This document shows positions 53,280 to 62,096 of a stretch of 62,555 nucleotides of DNA, piece by piece (position 1 is the stretch's first letter; the number at the start of each line of letters is the position of its first letter). The notes under the pieces were generated by a model that was not told where the DNA came from, did no database searches, and was given only the letters and a program-made list of their open reading frames with translations. Both the position numbers and the translations under genes were made by a program. Origin of the DNA: Actinomycetota bacterium (GTDB lineage: Bacteria; Actinomycetota; Acidimicrobiia; IMCC26256; PALSA-610); NCBI GenBank assembly GCA_005772765.1, contig SXIR01000051.1, positions 1 to 62,555 of the forward strand, in the 5' to 3' direction.

Positions 53280-54044
53280 GTGACCAGCCACGCACCGGAA
53301 ACCACCACCGACTATCGGGAGGCCGCCGCGGCCGACACGCCGCAGCGCCGCCGCCCGCCCTCTACAGTCGATCCCATGGCCGCGCTCGATGAAGCCGAAG
53401 TGCTCGAAATCGAGCGCGAGCTCGTGCGACTCCCCGAGGTCGAGATCGCGCGTCTGGTCACCGACAACACGGGGCTGCTCGTCGAAGTCCACATCGTGGC
53501 CAACTCGGCCAAGCACCCCAAACAGGTGGTGCGCGACGTGCAATCGGTGGCGCTGGCGTCCTTCGGGCTCGAGGTCGACCGCCGGATCGTGTCCGTGGTC
53601 CAACTCGACGGCGGCTTTGCCGACGTCGCCGCGGCGGACCCACAGGCCGCAGAGCGCGTGACCATCGAGTCGGTGAGCGCCGAGATCACCGGGTTGCGCT
53701 GCCTCGTCAAGGTCGGGCTCGGCCGCGGTGGAGTCGCGGCGATTGGCTACGCCGAAGGGTCGGTCGCCACCTCGGCCCGCTTCCGGCTCGTTGCCGCCGC
53801 CACGGTCGACGCACTTCGCCAGCTCGAACCCGTGGCCGAGTGCGTCGACATCGACGCCGCGCAGATCGTCCGAGCCGGCAACCTCGACGTTGCCGTCGTC
53901 ACAGCTGTCTTCGTGACCTTGCCGTCCGAGCAGGTGGTCGCAGGGTCCGCGGTCGTCACGGCCCACGACGAATCCGGCGCGGTGGTGCGCGCGGTGCTCG
54001 ATGCAACGAACCGCAAGCTCGTGCGCCTCGCCCGCGAGACCTGA
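53280..54044 (+). CDS. Hypothetical two-domain protein, no family recognised
   Basis: GC3-rich ORF. The start is either the GTG at 53280 or the ATG at ~53376 (MAALDEAEVLEIEREL). I could not match a motif. Confidence 0.55.
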   Translation: MTSHAPETTTDYREAAAADTPQRRRPPSTVDPMAALDEAEVLEIERELVRLPEVEIARLVTDNTGLLVEVHIVANSAKHPKQVVRDVQSVALASFGLEVDRRIVSVVQLDGGFADVAAADPQAAERVTIESVSAEITGLRCLVKVGLGRGGVAAIGYAEGSVATSARFRLVAAATVDALRQLEPVAECVDIDAAQIVRAGNLDVAVVTAVFVTLPSEQVVAGSAVVTAHDESGAVVRAVLDATNRKLVRLARET

Positions 54045-54064
54045 GTCGACCTAGCGTCCCACGC

Positions 54065-55051
54065 ATGGCGCCAACCACAACGCTGGTTTCCGCGCGAGTC
54101 GATCACGATGTGGTCACCTGGACCGACGCCTTCGCCGCGTTGGGCGGGACCGTCCACTCGCTGTTGCCCGAGGAGCCTCTGCCCCCGAGCGACGTCTGCG
54201 TGGTGCACGACCCGACGCGCATCGCGCAGGAGCTCGGCGCCATCGATGGGACGAGCGGAATCGATCAACTCACGGCAATCGTCGACCGCGCGACCCGCGC
54301 GGCGTCATCGACACTGATTCGCTGGCGCGACATCGTCGCACGCGACCTGATCGATCTCCGGGCGTCGCCCTGGTCAAAGGTCCACCACGTCACGACAACC
54401 CTGCACGCTCGACGCGAGATCGAATCGCTTGGCGCGTCCGCGCAGGTGCTCCCCCAAGCGTTCGACCTCGATCCCGAGTCAGGCAACCGCCACGCAACGA
54501 GGGAGGCACTCGGCTTTGCCGACGACGCCATTGTCTTGTTGCAACCAACCCGGGTCGACGAACGCAAGAACGCGGCTGGCGCGATTCGCTTCGTCAACGA
54601 AGTCGCTCGGTTCATTCGCAATCGACCAGTTCACTTGTGGATACGCGGGCCTGTCGCCGACAACCACCGCAATCGCTTCGACAAACTGGTTGCCCGGGCC
54701 GACGTTCCGGTCCTGGTCGCCGAGATCGAACGACCCGCTGACGCGTACGCCGCGTGCGACGCCGTCGTGTTCCCGGCGAGCTGGGATGCATTCGGCGATG
54801 TCGTGCTCGAAGGCGTGGCGCATCGCCGGCCCGTCGTGAGCGCGAGCTTTCCGGTGCTGGCCGAACTGGTCGCAGGCGGCATCCGAGTCCTGCCCATCGA
54901 CGATGCAACCGAGCTGGTCAAATTCTTGGCTCGCGGCGAATCGGCTCGCCGCGCCCACCTCGATGCCACGGCGCGCCGAGCCCGCGTGTCGTACTCGGTC
55001 GAGGATCTCCCAGAGCGGATCGCCGCACTGCTCGACGGAGCTCGACGATGA
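54065..55051 (+). CDS. GT-B fold glycosyltransferase (GT4-like)
   Basis: ATG at 54065. The C-terminal half (ACDAVVFPASWDAFGDVVLEGVAHRRPVV) fits the E-x7-E region of GT4 enzymes. ATGA overlap with folP. Confidence 0.65.
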   Translation: MAPTTTLVSARVDHDVVTWTDAFAALGGTVHSLLPEEPLPPSDVCVVHDPTRIAQELGAIDGTSGIDQLTAIVDRATRAASSTLIRWRDIVARDLIDLRASPWSKVHHVTTTLHARREIESLGASAQVLPQAFDLDPESGNRHATREALGFADDAIVLLQPTRVDERKNAAGAIRFVNEVARFIRNRPVHLWIRGPVADNHRNRFDKLVARADVPVLVAEIERPADAYAACDAVVFPASWDAFGDVVLEGVAHRRPVVSASFPVLAELVAGGIRVLPIDDATELVKFLARGESARRAHLDATARRARVSYSVEDLPERIAALLDGARR

Positions 55052-55959
55052 ATCTGCGCTGCCGCGATCGAGTCGTTTCGATCGACCGCCCGCTCGTCAT
55101 GGGTGTGCTCAATGCCACCCCGGACTCATTCAGCGACGGTGGTGAGCTGCGCGGCGTCGCGGCACAGGTCGAGCGCGGGATCGAGCTCGTCGCCGCCGGT
55201 GCCGACGTGCTCGACATCGGCGGTCAATCCGCGATCACGGGAGTCCCCGAGATCAGCATCGACGAAGAGATCGGTCGCCTCATCCCGGTGGTATCGGGTG
55301 TGCGCCAACAATCCGATTGCGTCATCTCCGTCGATACGTATCGGCCGGAGGTCGCCAGTGCAGCGCTCGAGGTCGGCGCCGACATCGTGAACGACATCTC
55401 GGGCGTGCTCGACCCGACGCTCGCGCAGGTCGTGGCCGCGCATCGTGCTGGTTTCGTCGTGATGCACACGCGTTGGAAGCCCAAGACCCGTGATGACGCG
55501 CGATTGCTGTATCAACCGCACGGTGTCGTCGATGACGTCGTCGAGTTCCTCCGCGAACGGATGGACGCCGTCAACGCGGCCGGGGTCGACCACGACCAGA
55601 TCATCGTCGACCCTGGGCCCGATTTCGCGAAAACCCCCGCCCAGACCGTCGAAGTGCTCCGTGCGCTCGACCAGATCGCCGCGTTCGATCGACCGGTGTT
55701 GCTCGCGCTGTCGCGCAAGGATTTCATCGGGGTGATCACCGGGCGGGCACCGAAGGAGCGGCTTGCCGGAACCCTCGGCGCGATCGCCACGACCACCCGT
55801 CTCGCGCCTGCATCGATCCTTCGGGTCCACGACGTGCGCGAAACGAAGGAGTTCCTCGCGGTCCTCGATGTCCTCGAAGGCCGGGTCGACATCGATCCGA
55901 ACGCTGGCCTCGACAAGACGTTGCGGTGGCAAGCTCGCGTGGCACCGGAGTCGACATGA
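55048..55959 (+). CDS. folP: Dihydropteroate synthase
   Basis: VMGVLNATPDSFSDGG, DIGGQS, SVDTYRPEVA, IVNDISG. Confidence 0.9.
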   Translation: MNLRCRDRVVSIDRPLVMGVLNATPDSFSDGGELRGVAAQVERGIELVAAGADVLDIGGQSAITGVPEISIDEEIGRLIPVVSGVRQQSDCVISVDTYRPEVASAALEVGADIVNDISGVLDPTLAQVVAAHRAGFVVMHTRWKPKTRDDARLLYQPHGVVDDVVEFLRERMDAVNAAGVDHDQIIVDPGPDFAKTPAQTVEVLRALDQIAAFDRPVLLALSRKDFIGVITGRAPKERLAGTLGAIATTTRLAPASILRVHDVRETKEFLAVLDVLEGRVDIDPNAGLDKTLRWQARVAPEST

Positions 55960-56225
55960 GTTCGCCCCTCGACGATCCCGTGGTCCGACGCCGCACACAG
56001 GTGATCGCGTTCGTGCGCGCCACGAAGGCATTGGGGTACGGGTTGTTGCTGACGTCCATCGTCGGCTTCGTCGCCGGCGCGATCGCGGGCTTTCCCGGGC
56101 TCGCCGTGACGGTGACCGTCGTCGGACTCGTCGGTTCCTGCATCGTGCTGCCGGTGCCGATCGTGCTGGGCTACGCGGTCCGCAAAGCCGAACGCGAGGA
56201 TCCGCTCACTCCCAGCAGGTCGTGA
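55956..56225 (+). CDS. Small two-TM membrane protein
   Basis: ATG at 55956 overlaps the folP stop (ATGA). Hydrophobic segments LGYGLLLTSIVGFVAGAIAG and VVGLVGSCIVLPVPIVLG. Confidence 0.6.
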   Translation: MSSPLDDPVVRRRTQVIAFVRATKALGYGLLLTSIVGFVAGAIAGFPGLAVTVTVVGLVGSCIVLPVPIVLGYAVRKAEREDPLTPSRS

Positions 56226-56290
56226 CCCCACAACAGGTCGGGTGACCTTCGACCCGGCGTCGCGCGGGTCGGCCGCCGTACGATTCCGCC

Positions 56291-57298
56291 ATGCGAACGC
56301 GACGACTCGGCACCACTGACCTCATCGTTTCGGAGGTCGGACTCGGAACGTGGACCCTCGCCAGCAACTGGTGGGGCCGCACCGACGAACCCGACGACAT
56401 GATCAAAGCCGCGCTCGACTGCGGGATCACGTTCATCGACACCGCGCCCGTCTACGGCGACGCGGCGCTGGGCGAGACCATGCTGCGCGACGCACTGGCA
56501 AACCATCGCGACGAGATCGTCTTGACGACGAAGTGCGGGTACGACACCAGCAAGCCTCGCCCGGCAGGACAGCGCGAGCACCCGCACGATTGGCGTCCGG
56601 AGGCCGTCCGCCAGCAGTGCATCGACTCGCTCAACAACCTGGGGATCGACCACATCGATCTCTATCAACTCCACAACGTGCGGATCGAGCCGGTGCTCGC
56701 CGACGACTTGTGGGCCGAACTCGAGGCGTTGCGCACCGAGGGCAAGGTGCGCGAGATCGGCGTTGCGCTCGGCCCCGCGATCGGTTGGGTCGACGAGGGC
56801 AACCGCGCCGTCGACGAACGCCCGATTTGCACGTTGCAGACAGTGTTCAACGTGCTCGAGCAAGAACCTGGGCTGACCTTCGCGGCACGCGACCGTGTCC
56901 GCAACGGCGAGTGTTCGCTCATCTCACGGGTGCCGCACGCCAGCGACACGTTGTCGGGCAAGGTCACTCCGGACACTCGTTTCGAAAAGGGTGATCACCG
57001 CGCGCACCGCAACCGCGACAACATGCTCGACAACTTCGAGAAGGCCGAGACGCTCGAGTTCTTGTGGTCGCCCGAGACCGGCCGCACGAAGGGTCAAGCC
57101 GCGATCGCGGGCATCCTGGCGAACCCGGCGTTTGCAAACGTGCTGCCGACGGTGGTGAACGTCGATGAGGTTCGCGAGTACGCGGCGGCGTCCGAACTTC
57201 CGCTCAGCGCCGCCGAGACCCGCCAACTCGACGAGCTGTGGTCCCGCAACTTCGATCACGAAGACCGCTACGTGATGCCCCTGAAGTCGAGCCAGTAG
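56291..57298 (+). CDS. Aldo/keto reductase
   Basis: LGTTDLIVSEVGLGTW, FIDTAPVYG, IDLYQLH. Confidence 0.9.
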   Translation: MRTRRLGTTDLIVSEVGLGTWTLASNWWGRTDEPDDMIKAALDCGITFIDTAPVYGDAALGETMLRDALANHRDEIVLTTKCGYDTSKPRPAGQREHPHDWRPEAVRQQCIDSLNNLGIDHIDLYQLHNVRIEPVLADDLWAELEALRTEGKVREIGVALGPAIGWVDEGNRAVDERPICTLQTVFNVLEQEPGLTFAARDRVRNGECSLISRVPHASDTLSGKVTPDTRFEKGDHRAHRNRDNMLDNFEKAETLEFLWSPETGRTKGQAAIAGILANPAFANVLPTVVNVDEVREYAAASELPLSAAETRQLDELWSRNFDHEDRYVMPLKSSQ

Positions 57299-57307
57299 CG
57301 ACGACAC

Positions 57308-57355
57308 AGCCCACCCGACTCTCGAGCCCACCCGACTCTGAGCCCACCCAACTCG
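57308..57355. repeat. Short intergenic tandem repeat, 3 units of 15-17 bp
   Basis: AGCCCACCCGACTCTCG / AGCCCACCCGACTCTG / AGCCCACCCAACTCG, starting 10 nt after the AKR stop. Confidence 0.85.
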
Positions 57356-57644
57356 ACATCGGCCGCTTCCCGGCCGTGCGGCCGGTGCGGGCGTCGAGGC
57401 TGGTCACACGATGTGAGGTGATGGATGTCGGCTGGACCTACTCGCCGGCGCGGCGGAACCAACGGCGGCGCGGGCGCTCGCTCGGCCGGTTCGTTTCGGC
57501 AACAGCGTTGGTGAACAGGAGGAACAGCATCGGGATCAACTCGTTTCGTGGGGCGGCGTCTGGCCGGCCCGGTGGGTGTAACCAGTCATCACCTTACACC
57601 GGTGTCCCTGGCATTGCAACCCCCTATTTCATTATGGTGGTTAC

Positions 57645-58199
57645 GTGCGTCGAGACGACCAAGCCATTCCCGAACCGCTGCGGCTCGTCGTCGATTTCGT
57701 GAACACCCTCGACGTCGAAGAAATCTCCGACGAACTGGCGTCACCGGCCGCGCTCGCGGCCTGGTGCCACCACCACACCGGGTCCGACCTGCACCTGTCG
57801 GTCAGCCGTAAGGACCTCGCCGCCGCCATCGAGGTACGCGACGTCCTCCGCAACGCGATGTTGGCAAATCGCGGTGTTGCCATCCGCCCGGAAGACCTCG
57901 CAGAGCACAACCGGCGGATCGCCCGGTTCCAAGCCGGGGTCGAGTTCGCCGAGACCGGCCGGCCGATCGTTCGGGCCCGAGGCACCGGCGTCACCGAAAT
58001 CCTCAGCCGGATCCTCGTCGACGTCGCGACGGCCCACGCGCTGGGAATCTGGGACCGCACGAAGTTGTGTCCCGCCGAGGACTGTCTGTGGGCGTTCTAC
58101 GACCACTCCAAGAACCGATCGCGGCGCTGGTGCTCGATGGACCTCTGCGGCAACCGCACGAAAACCAAGACCTACCGCCAACGCCACCGCAACCAATGA
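57645..58199 (+). CDS. ABATE + zf-CGNR domain putative regulator
   Basis: C-terminus CPAEDCLWAFYDHSKNRSRRWCSMDLCGNRTKTKTYRQR. The GTG at 57645 sits 6 nt after TATGGT, so the gene is a leaderless candidate. Confidence 0.8.
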   Translation: MRRDDQAIPEPLRLVVDFVNTLDVEEISDELASPAALAAWCHHHTGSDLHLSVSRKDLAAAIEVRDVLRNAMLANRGVAIRPEDLAEHNRRIARFQAGVEFAETGRPIVRARGTGVTEILSRILVDVATAHALGIWDRTKLCPAEDCLWAFYDHSKNRSRRWCSMDLCGNRTKTKTYRQRHRNQ

Positions 58200-58825
58200 C
58201 CGTCGACGAGGAAGCGCGACCGGCCGATAGCCTCCGCCGGGTCATGCGCCTCCCCGCGGAACAACGTCGCGTCCAACTCCTCGAAGTCGCGTGCGACATG
58301 TTCGCCGAACGAGGCTTCCACGCCACGTCGATGGAAGACGTCGCGAACGCCGCGGGCGTCACCAAACCCGTGCTCTACCAACACTTTCGGTCGAAGCGCG
58401 CGCTCTACCACGAACTACTCGAACTCGTCGGCGGCGAACTCCTCGCCGAGTTGGGCCGTGCGACCAGTGCAGCCTCGAGCGGCCGCGAGCAAGTCGAGCG
58501 AGGTCTCACCGCCTACTTCCGTTGGGTCGCGACGAACCCCAACTCGTTTCGCTTGATGTTCGGTGCGTCGGTACGCAACGACCGCGAGGTCGCCGCGATC
58601 GTCGATGCGACACTCGCCGCCGCGGTGCGCGCCGTCGAGCCGCTCATCGACATCGCGATCTCGGGCGACCAACGCCAAGTCCTCGCTGGCGCGATCGTCG
58701 GCCTCGCCGAATCGACCAGCCGTCGGGCGCTGGCCGATGGCGGCATCCTCGACGACCCCGAACACCTCGCGGCATGGCTCGCCGAACTGTTGTGGTTCGG
58801 GCTCCGCGGCGTGCGGGCCGGCTGA
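58196..58825 (+). CDS. TetR-family regulator
   Basis: The ATG at 58196 overlaps the CGNR stop (ATGA). HTH: TSMEDVANAAGVTKPVLYQHFRSKRALY. Confidence 0.85.
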   Translation: MTVDEEARPADSLRRVMRLPAEQRRVQLLEVACDMFAERGFHATSMEDVANAAGVTKPVLYQHFRSKRALYHELLELVGGELLAELGRATSAASSGREQVERGLTAYFRWVATNPNSFRLMFGASVRNDREVAAIVDATLAAAVRAVEPLIDIAISGDQRQVLAGAIVGLAESTSRRALADGGILDDPEHLAAWLAELLWFGLRGVRAG

Positions 58826-58834
58826 TCGGCTGCG

Positions 58835-59806
58835 TCAGCGGCGCCGCAAGCGGACGCGACGAACGGCGTGATCGGACCCCTTCTCCAACACGAGATCGGC
58901 CCGTGATCGAGTCGGAACGATGTTCTCCCGCAAGTTCACCGCGTTGATCGATTCCCACAACGACCGGGCGATCGTGCGCGCCTGGTCGTCGGTCAGTGCT
59001 GCGAAGTGGTGAAAGAAGCTGGTCGGGTCGGCGAAGGCGCCTTCGCGCAAAGCGAAGAACCGTTCGACGTACCACCGCTCGATGTCGTCCTCATCGGCAT
59101 CGACGTAGATCGTGAAGTCGAAGAAGTCGCTGACGAAGGGGCGGTCGTCGCCGTCTTCGTGGGTCGGTGGGACCTGCAAGACGTTCAGTCCCTCGACCAG
59201 GACGATGTCGGGTCGTTCGAGCACGACCTCGGTGTCGGTCACGTCGTAGACGACATGTGAGTAGATCGGCGCGCGCACCTGCGGTTCGCCCGCCTTCAGT
59301 GCGGCGAGCACATCGATGAGACGACGCACGTCGTAGCTCTCGGGAAACCCCTTGCGGCTCATCAAGCCACGTTCGTCGAGAACCGCGTTCGGGAAGAGAA
59401 ACCCATCGGTCGTGACGAGGTCGACGCGCGGGTGGTTCGGCCACCGGCGCAACAGCGCCGTGAGGACGCGCGAGATCGTGCTCTTCCCCACCGCGACGCT
59501 GCCGGCCAAGCCGATCACGAACGGAACCTTGGGCGCGAGCGTTCCGAGAAAGGTCGCCGTGGTGTCGTGCAGTTGTTGGCTGGCCGCGACGCGCAGATTC
59601 AAGAGTCGACTGAGCGGAAGATACACATCGGCGACCTCGTCGAGCGCCACAGGTTCGTTGAGGCCCTGGAGCGCGTCGACGTCGGTCTCGGTCAATGGGA
59701 GCGGCGTGTTCGCCCGCAACGCGGCCCATTGATCGCGATCGAAGTCGAGGTAGGGCGACAGGTGTTCCGAATCGGCCACGGACTCACCGTACCGAGGCGG
59801 CTTCAC
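58835..59806 (-). CDS. coaA: Type I pantothenate kinase
   Basis: P-loop GLAGSVAVGKSTISRVL, VTTDGFLFPN, GFPESYD. The GTG start overlaps the mocR stop (GTGA). Confidence 0.9.
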   Translation of the reverse strand: MKPPRYGESVADSEHLSPYLDFDRDQWAALRANTPLPLTETDVDALQGLNEPVALDEVADVYLPLSRLLNLRVAASQQLHDTTATFLGTLAPKVPFVIGLAGSVAVGKSTISRVLTALLRRWPNHPRVDLVTTDGFLFPNAVLDERGLMSRKGFPESYDVRRLIDVLAALKAGEPQVRAPIYSHVVYDVTDTEVVLERPDIVLVEGLNVLQVPPTHEDGDDRPFVSDFFDFTIYVDADEDDIERWYVERFFALREGAFADPTSFFHHFAALTDDQARTIARSLWESINAVNLRENIVPTRSRADLVLEKGSDHAVRRVRLRRR

Positions 59807-61143
59807 GCGCGGCGTACCGCATCGGGTCGTCGGGCGGCACGATCGATCGCGTCGACGACATCGGCAGCGCTATCGGACAGTGACGCCACGGTGACCCGAA
59901 TGTGGTGACGGGGATCGACGACGCGAAACGGCGTCCCGGGTGCGACTGCGATGCCACGAGCCGCCAGCGCAACAAGCGCATGCTGTTCGTCGTCGACCGG
60001 CACCCACACGTTGATTCCGTCGCGACCGCTGACGGCCAGGCCTCGCTTGCGCAATCCGTCGACGAGATGGAGTCGACGCCGTGCGTAGCGCGAACGAGCC
60101 GTCGCGACTTGGTCCGAAGCGTGGGCGTCGACGAGCAACTCCGCGAGCGCAGCCTGCAACAGCCGACTCGACCACCCGGGGCCGAGCTGTCGGCGCGTCG
60201 CGGCAGCATCGATCGGACCCGACGCGCCCCCGATCGCAGCGAGCCGAAGGTCGGGGCCGTGCGATTTCGAGAACCCGAGAATCGTCACGGTTCGATCGAC
60301 AAGGTGCGCGCCGAGTGACAGCCGCGGCTCGGATGCGATCGCGCCCGCGTGGTCGTCCTCGACAACGAGCGTGCGCGGCGACGATCGCAGCAACCGTGCG
60401 AGCGCGTCGACGCGTTCAGGATCGAAGGCCGCGCCGCTCGGGTTCTGGGCGCGCGGTTGCACGATGACCGCCACCGGATCAGCGTCGCGCAACGCCGTTG
60501 CGAACTCGTCGGGCCGCAAGCCACATTCGTCGACACCGACGGGCACCACGACCGCGCCCAACACGTCGAGTAAGTCCAGCAACGGCGGAAAGGTCGGATC
60601 TTCGACGACAACTCGATCGCCGATCCGAACCGTCTCGCGCAGCACCCGGTCGAGTGCATCCATGGCGCCGTCGAACACTGCAAACGACTCGGGGGGAAAC
60701 GGCCAGTCCTCCCGCAAGATGTCGCCGAGCTCGGGGAGCACCGGGTCGTCGGCGTAACTCGTCGTCAGGTCACCCCTCGTCGCTGCCCGCGCCAGGGCGG
60801 GCGCCAACGGGGGCAGCAACGCCGGGTCGGGGGTCCCGGTCGACAAGTCGAGTTCGAACTCGGCTCGACCGTCGGTGACCTGACGGTATCGACGCGGTGC
60901 GAGTACCGGATCCGGCAGGCGGACGTAGGTGCCGTTGCGCCCGTGACTTTCGATCGCGCCGTTACGGGCGAGCTCGCGCCACGCGTCGCTGACCGTCGTG
61001 GGGCTCACGCCGAGTTCGCGTGCGATCGCCCGTACGGGTGCGAGTCGGGTCCCCACGGGAAGGGTGCCGTCGCGGATTGCCCGACCGACGAAGGCCGCGA
61101 TCCCGCGCGCCGAACGATCCTCGAGCCGCGACCACGCGAACAT
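59803..61143 (-). CDS. MocR/GabR-type regulator (GntR wHTH + aminotransferase-like domain)
   Basis: ATG at 61141-61143 (MFAWSRLED...). HTH: LAPVRAIARELGVSPTTVSDAWRELARNGAI. PLP-fold part with GFSKSHGPDLRLA. The 709-aa ORF extension is antisense to the DUF2064 gene and is rejected. Confidence 0.85.
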   Translation of the reverse strand: MFAWSRLEDRSARGIAAFVGRAIRDGTLPVGTRLAPVRAIARELGVSPTTVSDAWRELARNGAIESHGRNGTYVRLPDPVLAPRRYRQVTDGRAEFELDLSTGTPDPALLPPLAPALARAATRGDLTTSYADDPVLPELGDILREDWPFPPESFAVFDGAMDALDRVLRETVRIGDRVVVEDPTFPPLLDLLDVLGAVVVPVGVDECGLRPDEFATALRDADPVAVIVQPRAQNPSGAAFDPERVDALARLLRSSPRTLVVEDDHAGAIASEPRLSLGAHLVDRTVTILGFSKSHGPDLRLAAIGGASGPIDAAATRRQLGPGWSSRLLQAALAELLVDAHASDQVATARSRYARRRLHLVDGLRKRGLAVSGRDGINVWVPVDDEQHALVALAARGIAVAPGTPFRVVDPRHHIRVTVASLSDSAADVVDAIDRAARRPDAVRRA

Positions 61144-61144
61144 C

Positions 61145-61177
61145 CTTTGTACGGTAACAAACCCGGGATTGTCCGGT
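61145..61177 (+). promoter_or_regulatory. 33-bp operator-like motif, copy A (abuts the mocR start codon)
   Basis: CTTTGTACGGTAACAAACCCGGGATTGTCCGGT. It contains the direct repeats TTGTACGGT / TTGTCCGGT 22 bp apart and is 28/33 identical to copy B. Confidence 0.6.
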
Positions 61178-61287
61178 TCCTCGGCGAGCGACCAAGGGAT
61201 CACGCTGCGGAGACGACGGTGACGGCTTTCGCGATTCGTAACCGCCGAACGCTCCCATACACGTGCAGACGGCCCTACCGTCACACC

Positions 61288-61959
61288 ATGCTCCCGACCT
61301 GGCTCGTCATCGCCAAGGCGCCACGGCCGGGCTTCGTGAAGACCCGCCTGTGTCCACCGTGCACCCCGGAACAAGCTGCGCAGATCGCCGAGGCCGCGCT
61401 GCGGGACACGATCGACGCCGTCGCACTGGCCCAGGCGCAGCGCAGGGTCTTGGTACTCGACGGCGAAACCCCAGCGTGGCTCGCCAACGATTGGGAGGTG
61501 CGACCGCAAACGGGCGACGGCCTCGACCAGCGACTCGCCCACGCCTTCGCAAACGAGGCCGGTCCGACCGTGCTCATTGGTATGGATACACCCCAGGTCA
61601 CGCCCGCCCAGCTCAACACCGCCGCGGCGCTCCTCGTCGACCACCACGCGGTGATCGGGCCCGCGTTCGACGGCGGCTTCTGGCTCGTCGGCATGCGCGA
61701 GCCCGATGCCGAGGTCTTTCCCGGCGTTCCGATGAGTTTGACCGATACGGGCCGACGCCAGCGACACCGCCTGAACGAGCGTTTCGGCGCCGTTGCCGAC
61801 ACCGTGACGCTGACCGACTTCGACACCTGGTCGGACGCGCTGGCGATCGCCGAGGGATTTCCCGATACCCGGTTCGGAGCCGTGATCCGAGACCTCGGCG
61901 CGACCGTCGACGTGGCGATGCGCATGGGTCAACCCAACAGCACTGCGACACGACCATGA
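61288..61959 (+). CDS. DUF2064 (TIGR04282-type, nucleotidyltransferase/GT-A-like) protein
   Basis: MLPTWLVIAKAPRPGFVKTRL, LIGMDTPQV, IGPAFDGGFWLVGM. Confidence 0.75.
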   Translation: MLPTWLVIAKAPRPGFVKTRLCPPCTPEQAAQIAEAALRDTIDAVALAQAQRRVLVLDGETPAWLANDWEVRPQTGDGLDQRLAHAFANEAGPTVLIGMDTPQVTPAQLNTAAALLVDHHAVIGPAFDGGFWLVGMREPDAEVFPGVPMSLTDTGRRQRHRLNERFGAVADTVTLTDFDTWSDALAIAEGFPDTRFGAVIRDLGATVDVAMRMGQPNSTATRP

Positions 61960-62036
61960 GTTGGGGGGCCCGCAACGATCGTTGCTCGGCGTGATCTGGG
62001 CGAGCGCCGCGCCGCGGTGGGCGGCGTCGCTGGAAT

Positions 62037-62069
62037 CTTTGTTCGGTTACAAACTAGAGATTGTCCGGT
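62037..62069 (+). promoter_or_regulatory. 33-bp operator-like motif, copy B (upstream of mmsA, overlapping its putative -35)
   Basis: CTTTGTTCGGTTACAAACTAGAGATTGTCCGGT, followed by an 18-nt spacer from TTGTCC to TACGAT (62085-62090), then 6 nt to the ATG at 62097. Confidence 0.6.
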
Positions 62070-62096
62070 CCGCGCTGTGCGATTTACGATACGACG

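Noticed and set aside
59803-61932. 709-aa extension of the MocR ORF
   Set aside because: The N-terminal ~260 codons are antisense to the DUF2064 gene and have no GntR features. The wHTH begins right after the ATG at 61143.
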